Shown here: one piece after another, positions 11,791-19,961 of the stretch
Layout of the letters: the number at the start of each line of letters is the position of its first letter
Numbering within the stretch: the first letter of the stretch is position 1
Origin: Macrostomum lignano
Lineage: Eukaryota
Direction: 5' to 3'
DNA: 64,000 nt
Assembly: GCA_002269645.1 (NCBI GenBank)
Contig: NIVC01002768.1
Location: forward strand, 1 to 64,000
Position numbers and translations under genes: made by a program
The notes under the pieces: model-generated
Told to the model about the DNA's origin: nothing
The model's database searches: none
The model's input: only the letters and a program-made list of their open reading frames with translations

Positions 11791-12591
11791 CTATGCACGA
11801 TCCTCTTCTTCCTCATTATCTTCTTTTATCAAATTTGTTAAAATTCTATGTTTCCTTTCTAACCTCGGATTGATATAAATATGTTTGTATTGGCTATCAT
11901 CCCAAATTTTTTTACACATACTTTTAAATGGTTTTGCATCCAACCCAGGATTAAATCTAGCGTGTATATTTTGTAAATCATAATTATCTAAATCAAACAT
12001 TACACAACAACTTGCATTCTTTTTTATAATCGATTCTAATTCTCTAAAGGATTGAGTAAGATAAAAAGCTCCAATTCCATCTCCTCTACCACTAACAAAA
12101 ATTTCCTTTTGCAATTCTTGATCACCGTCATTAATACAATCATCAAAAATAATTAGTGTTTTATCATGTTTTGGAATTTGATCATAGGCTAATCGGGTTG
12201 ATACTCTAACAGTTGGGGCTCGATCGGACGAAGTCCGCGACCCTTCGGGGCGATCGGTGATGTTTTCTGGCTGTTGTGCCATTGTTTTACATAAATCCTC
12301 AATGTCTGCTAGATTAAATCGCGGTTCGTCATCATCCTCATATTGCTCATATGCTCTTAACATTCTAAACAAGACATCTTTTTTTAATTTGTTTTTTAAT
12401 CCATGTTTAAGAAATTCATAATATTTTATTCTAGGTTTATTAGTATAAATTATTAAATTATTATAGTCTAACATTCCATCTGTTGTTAATAAATCGTAAA
12501 CAAAGTGTGTTTTTCCTTTACCTGATCCTCCGATTACTAAACAAAGAAAAGGATCATTTGGAAATATTTTATTGTGTTTTGCCTTTACCAT
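11791..12591 (-). CDS. A32/FtsK-family DNA packaging ATPase
   Basis: Walker A GGSGKGKT, Walker B LIIFDD, and SGRGDGIGAFYLTQS. Confidence 0.92.
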   Translation of the reverse strand: MVKAKHNKIFPNDPFLCLVIGGSGKGKTHFVYDLLTTDGMLDYNNLIIYTNKPRIKYYEFLKHGLKNKLKKDVLFRMLRAYEQYEDDDEPRFNLADIEDLCKTMAQQPENITDRPEGSRTSSDRAPTVRVSTRLAYDQIPKHDKTLIIFDDCINDGDQELQKEIFVSGRGDGIGAFYLTQSFRELESIIKKNASCCVMFDLDNYDLQNIHARFNPGLDAKPFKSMCKKIWDDSQYKHIYINPRLERKHRILTNLIKEDNEEEEDRA

Positions 12592-12675
12592 TTTTAAAGA
12601 AATAATTTAAATAGGCGCGACGGTCGGAGACCTGCGACACTAAAGTGGTGCGACGTGCTTTGCACTGCACTCATT

Positions 12676-14148
12676 TTACAATGGTGCGTCCCGAACAATC
12701 GTGCCATCAGCTTTAGCAATTGACATATATTCCTCTAGAAACAATACGTGGGCGTCAAGTGCCTGATTACCGGTTTTATTAATCTCTAACATATAATTAA
12801 GTCCAATATTGGCTACGTTTTCTTTCTGTGCCGTTAGATCATAAACAACCACTGGATGAATGTTTAGAAACTCTGTGGGTGTGTACTGAGGGACGGCATA
12901 CGCTTCATTTTTAGCATAATCTTGATAATATTTTATAAAATCATTAACATTATTATTTGCTATATTTAAATTTAGGGGGTCTTTAACCGGATAATATTGA
13001 TCATCAACCTGCAGGCGGATATTCTGAACATTAAACTCGTTAATAGCTGCAGCCGCATTGTCTGTTGCGGTGGCTGCTTGTTCTGCTATGGCACCGGATT
13101 GAAGCCAATATAAATCCCCATTTGCTCTTTTACTCCTTCTATTTGTTATCTTAAACCAAACAAAAATATATCTCACCCGACGTTTTGATGTCAGTATTTG
13201 CCACTGGAATGAATCCTGGTTATTATTAATGGTTCGCATAAAATGTCGACGATTCAAATAAAATATTTCCTGATCATGCGTTAACTGATTATCGATGTGT
13301 TTTAAAAGTGGGGCTGTTACCTCAATAGTTGGTACGACTAATTGAATTGAATCTATACGAACTGCTATATCGGTTGAAATTGAGGTTCCATAAAGTATCC
13401 TAGGCTGATATCCACCAGATATTTGCAACTGTATCCCAAATTTTAATCCTTTCCATACCCGATTTGGTGAGAAGAACCCAAATAGCGGGAAGATTGAAAA
13501 GTCCTGCTCATATGCTGTTGCTGTGGTTAAAACCGCGACTGGGAATTTATTCTGACGATCTATAAAACCAGTATTAATATCTTTTGTATTAGTCATAGTG
13601 GTTACAACTGGAACTATGTTTGTATTAAGGTAAACAATTAGCGCTGCAGTATCTGCACCGGCTGCGTTTTGTACATTAGGGAAAACTACTGCTTGACCGT
13701 TACCTTTATCCGGCATCCACCCAACATTATCACCAACTTGTTTTGATAAATAAGTATAATTTAAATGTTTCAAAACTCCATTAATCTCTGCGGGGTTTGA
13801 TGATGTCTCAACCTCAGCACCATTAACAGTTAGTTGAGCTTGGGAAAAACATTTATAAAACCAATCATTTTCTATTATTATTCCGGATCGATCTGCGATA
13901 TCTCCGGCTGCAAGAGCAGTTCCATCATTTCTAGTATATAACCATCTAACACGGAAAAATGCATTTTTCATATCCAATATAGTGTTGGTTGCGCCGATGT
14001 CAAAAGTTACCGTTCCAGTAGTAAAGTTATTTGAATTATCACTTGTTGGTAGGGTATAATTTAAATCTCTTGCTCTGACCTCATTAATATACTGTCGGTG
14101 CTTTTTGAAATGAAATTTATCACTCCACATAGTTTTTGTTTCAGCCAT
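12676..14148 (-). CDS. Major capsid protein (double jelly-roll, hexon-like)
   Basis: Intact 490-aa beta-rich ORF next to the ATPase and mCP; Polinton MCP-like segments (QAQLTVNGAEVE, LQVDDQYYP, PVVVYDLTAQKE). Confidence 0.85.
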   Translation of the reverse strand: MAETKTMWSDKFHFKKHRQYINEVRARDLNYTLPTSDNSNNFTTGTVTFDIGATNTILDMKNAFFRVRWLYTRNDGTALAAGDIADRSGIIIENDWFYKCFSQAQLTVNGAEVETSSNPAEINGVLKHLNYTYLSKQVGDNVGWMPDKGNGQAVVFPNVQNAAGADTAALIVYLNTNIVPVVTTMTNTKDINTGFIDRQNKFPVAVLTTATAYEQDFSIFPLFGFFSPNRVWKGLKFGIQLQISGGYQPRILYGTSISTDIAVRIDSIQLVVPTIEVTAPLLKHIDNQLTHDQEIFYLNRRHFMRTINNNQDSFQWQILTSKRRVRYIFVWFKITNRRSKRANGDLYWLQSGAIAEQAATATDNAAAAINEFNVQNIRLQVDDQYYPVKDPLNLNIANNNVNDFIKYYQDYAKNEAYAVPQYTPTEFLNIHPVVVYDLTAQKENVANIGLNYMLEINKTGNQALDAHVLFLEEYMSIAKADGTIVRDAPL

Positions 14149-14182
14149 TTTTTTAAGTTAAAAAAGTTTTTTATGTTAAAAA

Positions 14183-14854
14183 ATGAGTCAATTTATGGAC
14201 GTTGATGGAGAGTTAGCGATTTATAAAGAGAAGCAAAGATATTCTGATTTTGTTAGAAATTTACAAAAAAGAAAGTTAGGAATACAATTAGCTGGTGAAA
14301 GATTTGCTGCTCCTTTTGTTAATCCTATTACTGGGAAAATTAGTGAACTAGAAAAAACAGATAAAGATCTTCTGGAAAAAATTGCTAAAAATACGGAGCC
14401 AAAAGAGGATGAAATTTTGGATGAGCCGCCAGCTTATGATGTTGATCAAGCTCAATTGAGAGTTGCAGAGATTAGGGCTGCAGAAAGGGGTGGAGTTGAT
14501 GAATATCCGAGAGCTGCACCAACTAGTATTGCTGTGACAGATTTAGGTAATAATAATTATCGAATTGGTGGAGTTGATAAAAATCGAAATGAACTATATA
14601 GAGAATTGGGCGGAGCATATAATATTGTTATGAACCCTAGGGTAAAATTTAACCCTGAATTATATACTAGGGATGAATTAGTAAGTGCAAAAATTTTTTA
14701 TGATGAGTTGGGAGTAAGAGCTGCTAAAAATACCAGCTTGTATAAAAGGATTGTTAATTCTATAAATAACAAACCAGCTGTTGGAGAAGGATTTAAAACA
14801 CCGCGAAAACTTGTTTTAGCTGCTGCGAAAGCTGCTGGACATACTGGAGTTTAA
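14183..14854 (+). CDS. Hypothetical conserved-type Polinton protein (223 aa)
   Basis: Intact ORF divergent from the MCP gene; ends near a GEGF motif. Confidence 0.6.
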   Translation: MSQFMDVDGELAIYKEKQRYSDFVRNLQKRKLGIQLAGERFAAPFVNPITGKISELEKTDKDLLEKIAKNTEPKEDEILDEPPAYDVDQAQLRVAEIRAAERGGVDEYPRAAPTSIAVTDLGNNNYRIGGVDKNRNELYRELGGAYNIVMNPRVKFNPELYTRDELVSAKIFYDELGVRAAKNTSLYKRIVNSINNKPAVGEGFKTPRKLVLAAAKAAGHTGV

Positions 14855-14881
14855 TTAATTGTTAAATTTATTTTTTATAAA

Positions 14882-15484
14882 ATGGAACCTAAAAAGATTT
14901 GTATTAAGTGTAAACAAGAAAAACCAATGACGAAAGAATTTTATTTTTGGAGAAATGATTCAAAAAAATTTAGAAATGATTGTCGATCTTGTCATAATAC
15001 CTCATCTACTATTTGGATGAAAAACAATAAAGATAAATTTAATGAATATAGAAAAAACAAGTATCACAATGATGATAATTACAAACATATTGTTTTAATT
15101 AGAAATAGAATAAATTGGGCGTTGAAAAATTTTAATGACAAGGACTATATCTCATATCTTGATTGCACAAAAGAATTCTTTTTTGATTGGTTAAATTTCA
15201 CAAGAAAATATTATGTTTCAAAAGATTATACTGGAAATTTAGATATTGATCATTTCATTCCCGCTTCTTCGTTTAGTTACAAAGATGAAGATCAGATGAA
15301 AAAGTCTGAACATTGGACAAATAAAAGATACTTAACTAGCGTAGATAATAACTATAAAAAAGTTAAACAACCAACCATTGAAGAGTTTGCAAAACAATTG
15401 GTGCTATCATGTATTTTTAAGGCTATTAAAAATGAGCAATCATGCGACGCATGCGAACCGAAGGTTCGACCAATTAGTATTTGA
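14882..15484 (+). CDS. Free-standing HNH (His-Me finger) homing-type endonuclease with N-terminal CxxC...CxxC zinc ribbon
   Basis: CIKC...CRSC, then DIDHFIPASSF...HWTNKRYLTSVDNNYKK (DH...N...N core). Intact, with its own TATAAAATG start. Confidence 0.8.
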   Translation: MEPKKICIKCKQEKPMTKEFYFWRNDSKKFRNDCRSCHNTSSTIWMKNNKDKFNEYRKNKYHNDDNYKHIVLIRNRINWALKNFNDKDYISYLDCTKEFFFDWLNFTRKYYVSKDYTGNLDIDHFIPASSFSYKDEDQMKKSEHWTNKRYLTSVDNNYKKVKQPTIEEFAKQLVLSCIFKAIKNEQSCDACEPKVRPISI

Positions 15485-17042
15485 AGGAGGATTTTTAGAC
15501 TTACAAAAAGGATTAACAAGCTTACCACCAATATTTACTACTGGGAGGTATACGGGTGAGCTACACCTGCCATCAATGAACTTCACAGGTTATCCCGTGG
15601 CCTGAGTGGTAGAAGCAAAGCTACTGCTAGTCACTATTAGTGGCGATGTCTCCAAATTGCGTGAAACCCGTCATACAGCTTCAAGTACCACTTCAATTGA
15701 GAAATCTTTTGAAGGAACAGAGGTAACTCCTCTTCCCAAAGGTAACAAGCTTGAAGACATGGTGGCAATGCGCAGCCAAGCTCCTAAGTATTTTAAATAT
15801 AAGGAGAAGGTTCAGAGAGCAGACGGAGATGGGCGGTAATTATCGCCGCTTAAGGTGTGCTCCAGCCTCTTTCGAAAGATTGAGGGTAAACTACCCGGCA
15901 CTCGCTTAGATTTGAGATTAAATCCTGACAATACTCCAAAATCTGATTCAATTCCAATAAATGGGATTGATTGGTTAGCATACTATCACGACTTAGCATA
16001 TAGAGATGCTGACAAGAACCCGCCCGAGGAAGCATTAAGATTAAAACATGAAGCCGATCAAAAAATGATTCAAGGATTAGATAACTTGCAGGGATTATCG
16101 GTAGGTCAAAAATTAACTAGGTGGATGGTTAAAAAGATCTTGCAGTCTAAAGTTAAATTTGGTTTGGGAATTAATTATAATCAACATGGAAATAATTGTG
16201 TTGAGTGTTTGTTGTTAAGTGGCGGCGGGTTAAGTTCTGATGAGGCAAAGATTCTTCATAAAGAATATCGAAAACCTAAATTTTATAGAAAAATCATGAA
16301 CTTCAAAAAGAATGAAATTTGGTATGCTGATTTAATGTCGATGCCGAACGAAAGAGGATATAAATATATCTTAACCATATTAGATGGTTTTACTCGATAC
16401 GCGTGGGCTGTTCCTTTAAAATCCAAAAAGGGAGAGGAGGTTGCTGCTGCTTTTAGAAGTCTTGGAGAAAAAAGTGAAAGGTTGTGTGTTGACGAAGGAA
16501 AAGAATTTTACAATCCTCACATGTATAAATTGTATCATTTTGAAAAAGGAAAAGAAAGGAAAAAAGACGCGAATGGGGAGTATATTAATAAAATTTATTC
16601 TATTTATGGAGAGAGTAAAAACGCATTAATAGAAAGATTTAATCGAACTTTAGGTAAGAAATTATGGTTTCAGTTTAGTCTTAATGGTAACCAAAAGTGG
16701 GTAAAAATATTACCAGACGTAGTGAAAGATTATAACAATTCATATCATTCGGCGATAAAGATGACTCCTCAACAAGCTTATAACAATCCTGAAAATGTTA
16801 GGGTTACTTTTGGAGATTTTGAAAAAAAGAAAACTAAAGGTTTTAAGGTTGGTGATTCTGTTTATATCTATAAATGGAAAGATAAGTTTGAAAAGGGAAG
16901 AAAAGGATATTGGAAAATAAGTGAGAAATTTACCATCAGTAAAGTTTTAAATACAAATCCTACAACCTATATAATTGCTGATAAGGATGGTGAAGAAATA
17001 TTGGGTTCTTTTTATGAGAACCAGATAATGTCTGCGAACTAA
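15432..17042 (+). CDS. Parvovirus-type PLA2 / retroviral-like DDE integrase fusion; join(15432..15590,15894..17042)
   Basis: Splicing restores GELHLPSMNFTG|PGTRL and links it to the PLA2 YYHDLAY...EAD. Integrase WYADL, LCVDEGKEF and IERFNRTL supply D,D,E; C-terminal FKVGDSV is SH3-like. Confidence 0.9.
15591..15893 (+). ncRNA. Group I self-splicing intron (303 nt, IC1-like with P5abc, ORF-less)
   Basis: P1 CAGGU/GCCUG with U.G at the 5' splice site. P3 UGUCUCC/GGAGAUG, P4 UUGCGU/GCGCAG, P5a CUUCAAG/CUUGAAG, P6a CUCCU/AGGAG, P7 GAGAGCA/UGCUCC, P8 GGCGGU/AUCGCC, P9 with a GAAA loop. Removal restores the conserved PLA2 motif in frame. Confidence 0.92.
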
Positions 17043-17052
17043 GTTCAAACAG

Positions 17053-17277
17053 TTACTTAAGACAACATGGTAGTAAATTTTTTATTACAAACAAAAACAA
17101 TATTATTACTATAATTGTTACTAATATTATTATTGACATTTGTTCAACTGTTATCAAACTTAAATTTTCATTAAGTTCATTAATTGGAACATTTCCGATG
17201 TAGGAATAGTTTACCTTCATTTTTTTATATATATTTTTCACAATAAATGTCGTTTCTGTTATAGAATAATAGTTCAT
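17053..17277 (-). CDS. Small single-pass membrane protein
   Basis: C-terminal hydrophobic stretch IIILVTIIVIILFLFVI. Confidence 0.45.
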   Translation of the reverse strand: MNYYSITETTFIVKNIYKKMKVNYSYIGNVPINELNENLSLITVEQMSIIILVTIIVIILFLFVIKNLLPCCLK

Positions 17278-17293
17278 TTTTTAAATATTTTTT

Positions 17294-17608
17294 TCACATA
17301 AATATTTCACTTTCATTCTCTGAATCACTGGTTTCATATGAACTATTTGTTGATTCGGAATCTGTTGATTTAACCTCCCAATCATCCGAATTTAAATAAT
17401 CTCCAAGTTGAAATATTAACTCACCCTCTTGTTCTAAATCATACATCTCATCTAGCTCTAATGGATAAAGTTTTAGGTCGTGCTTGTCGTCATATTTTAA
17501 ATAAACTTCATCAATTATTCCATTCAAAATATGTTGTTTTATTATCTCTGCATTTTTAGCAACAGTCTCAAAAGTATCACTAACAGAAAAGGTGTAAACT
17601 CGGGTCAT
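17294..17608 (-). CDS. Small acidic protein
   Basis: Open ORF adjacent to the right TIR; Asp/Glu/Ser-rich tail. Confidence 0.5.
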   Translation of the reverse strand: MTRVYTFSVSDTFETVAKNAEIIKQHILNGIIDEVYLKYDDKHDLKLYPLELDEMYDLEQEGELIFQLGDYLNSDDWEVKSTDSESTNSSYETSDSENESEIFM

Positions 17609-17625
17609 TTTTAGTAACAGAAAAA

Positions 17626-17933
17626 GACCCTTCGCGCCTGCGGCGCGGGCAAGGGGTTATAGAGTAGTAGTATATAAAAAGACGCTTCTAGATCAGACCT
17701 TATTTTAATGACCGTTTTTATGGTCTTAAGAGGGGGGACGCGAGGGGGGTGTTGGGGAGTGTTTGGAAGTGTTGGGAAGTGATTTTTATTGTTAGGGGTG
17801 ATTATGGGTGATTAGATGTGTTAAGGGTGTTTAGATGTGTTTTTTTATTTACCCCCCGTGTCCCCCCTCTAGACCCTTAAAACGGTAATTAAAAAAGTGC
17901 TCTGGGTCTAGAAGCGTCTTTTTATATACTACT
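17626..17933 (-). repeat. Right terminal inverted repeat of Polinton
   Basis: Reverse complement of 1-302 plus the terminal AGT; ends ...TATATACTACT. Confidence 0.95.
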
Positions 17934-18472
17934 AACGTACCTGTGCTCGAACGGTCGCAAAGCATGTCGATGTGGCTCATCTCGGCTGCATCCATCGCAT
18001 CGGCCATGATCACCAAGCCGGGCTCGCTGTCACACTTGGCCTTGCTCGGCTTCCAGAACTTAATTCCGGGGTACAGCTTGTACTTTGTCCCACAAAAGTC
18101 GTCGCCATAGCCAGAGGGACACAGAGCGCCAGCTCGAAGTCGTTGGTCCTCACGGTGGACGAACACGCGACCTCGCTTGCTGCAGTCGCAGTCGCGCACT
18201 TGCTTGCTGCACCGATCGAACACGAACAGCCGACAGACACGGGAGCTCGTAGCCGTCTCCATGGTGAACGCCTTGCACAGGGGCTCCGATCTGCACTGAA
18301 TGGAGCAGTCGAGCTCGGTGCGAGCTCGCGGCATGACTTTGACGAACTCGTCTCGGATGCACAGGAATCCTTCGATTGCGTTGAACTCGTCCTTCATGTG
18401 GCAGGCGCTCCCTGGAACCGGCCGAGTAGCCAGCATGAGGCCGAGGAGTGTCCGGAGCAGAGCCGGCCACAT
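17934..18472 (-). pseudogene. Secreted PAN/apple plus C-type-lectin-like protein, 5' part, interrupted by the Polinton
   Basis: Signal peptide MWPALLRTLLGLMLA. PAN-like CSIQCRSEPLCKAF...CRL; CTL-like start CPSGY...CGTKYKLY...W..SKAKC. The frame runs straight into the TIR at 17933. Confidence 0.65.
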
Positions 18473-19189
18473 CGCTTTCAGGTGTTTTAAACGAGTGATC
18501 AATTTGGTAAGATATCGCTTGAAAGAGAAGATGCTACGTCGAGGTAGCAACGGGAAGTCCTGAGTTTTATGTCTAGCTTGCTCAATCAATTTATGTGCTT
18601 TCTGTGGGTTTCAAGGAGCTTGTCATGCAGGTGCTTGCAGATAGTTCCTAGTTTGGTGAGTGTTAACAACTGGTACGACCTGAACAGCCCTTCCAGGGAA
18701 GAGAATGTGAGCCATGAATTCTGGCTGCTTAAGTCCTTCAGTCCTGCCAGTCTTCAAGAATTTTTTCCAGAATCCACTTCTTCTCATCCTATTGTTTTCA
18801 ACTACTTGGTTTCCTCACAAAAATCAACGGCAGTCGTAATTTTTGGGCCAGACACCTTGCGTCTACGGCCTATGTGAACAAAATAGCGACAAGTGTAGCT
18901 GGTGGGCGAAAAATGTATCTGAAGTGAGCAGAAGAAGCGACAGGGTAAGCATTTGGCCAAGAGCCCTTGTTGACTCTGTAGAGAATACTTCTCTTGCAGT
19001 CTACAAGAATTCTGAGCATTGTGGGTGGCAATAGACGACGATGTTAAACTCCCCAACTTGTGCTCTGTCAGCGGTGTCGTTTACCTGGTTATTTTTTACT
19101 AATTTCATCGTATGGCTTGTACGTGACAAATGTATACTTCGTCGTTCAAGGGGTGCTCCCTTGCTTGTTCCTTTGTGCTTGCTGTGCTC

Positions 19190-19500
19190 CACGAGCGAGT
19201 CACGCGGGTCACCAGTGCGGCACTGTATATCGCAGCACAGGTCGGATCCGTTCAATCGACCTGTTTGTTGCGCCGTCGGAGACTTCAGCTGGCAGGCCAC
19301 ATCATCCGCGCCGAGTCATACTGCCCACAGCCGGTGCAGGAGGTGCTGCTGCTGATGCTGCAGGCACCCTACCGGCGGGGGCAGGCGCGCACTCGGCGTT
19401 TCGTCGACTGCCTGCTGGCCGACGCTGGCGTCCCGGATTCGGTCGGCGGCGTGGCGTTCGTTCACGACCTGGCCCAGAATAGGCGCGCCCTGTGATACTG
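19190..19500 (+). mobile_element. 3' fragment of an RTE/RTE-X-like LINE
   Basis: RRRRLQLAGHIIR...RRGQARTRRFVDCLLADAG resembles the RTE ORF C-terminus. Confidence 0.6.
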
Positions 19501-19523
19501 ACTTCTAAAGATTCTGACAGTGA

Positions 19524-19536
19524 ATTTTGTTGTTAC

Positions 19537-19572
<36 letters not shown>

Positions 19573-19654
19573 CGTTGTTGCTGTTGTTGCTGTTTTTGCT
19601 GCTGTTGTTGTTGTTGTTGTTGCTGTTGTTGTTGCTGTGTGTGTGTGTGTGTGT
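19524..19654. repeat. (TTG)n/(GT)n microsatellite, the 3' tail of the adjacent LINE
   Basis: Direct reading. Confidence 0.95.
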
Positions 19655-19940
19655 GCCTCGGACCGGAGCTCTCAGGTGATCCACTGCGGGTGGGCCACCC
19701 TCAAGAACCCTATCACCATGTTCTCCTCGCGCAGATCCTTCAGTTCACGCAGACCAGTGTGCTGCCGAAGCCCGTCCCAACGCGCGCACGACCACCAGTG
19801 GTCTTTATCTTCTATGTCACCGCAGTCCTCGCAAACGCCTTCTGCTTCCAGACCAATCTTCTGCCTCCAGTACTTAGTGAGTCTGCAGTGACCAGACCTG
19901 AGCTGGGCTAAGATGGAAGCAACTTTCCTGCCACATTCTG
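19655..19940 (-). mobile_element. 5'-truncated LINE 3' end (CCHC knuckle), copy A
   Basis: Minus strand reads LAQLRSGHCRLTKYWRQKIG...CEDCGDIEDKDHWWSC, followed by a (CA)n(CAA)n tail. Confidence 0.8.
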
Positions 19941-19961
19941 TTGTTGCTGTTGTTGTTGCTT

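Larger units (their letters stand above)
1..17933. mobile_element. Polinton/Maverick (adintovirus-like endogenous dsDNA virus), nearly full length; window starts 3 bp inside the left end
   Basis: Window start AGTATATAAAAAGACGCTTCTAGA is the reverse complement of the end ...TCTAGAAGCGTCTTTTTATATACTACT (17933), giving an AGTAGT terminus. Encodes pPolB, RVE integrase, ATPase, protease, MCP and mCP. AT-rich, with a sharp composition change at 17934. Confidence 0.97.

Noticed and set aside
14882-15484. HNH ORF as an intron-encoded endonuclease
   Set aside because: The P1/5' splice site lies at 15590, downstream of the ORF and after coding exon 1. I found no second intron core enclosing it.
15606-15839. 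77-aa ORF inside the intron
   Set aside because: Starts at GTG, has no motif, and coincides with ribozyme core strands.
15591-15893. Spliceosomal intron or simple insertion
   Set aside because: Ends are TA...TA rather than GT-AG, there is no TSD, and the full group I pairing with covariation is present.
1-17933. Bacterial or phage contaminant, or chimeric join
   Set aside because: The gene set is Polinton-specific, and the TIR joins cleanly into a host reading frame as an integration would.
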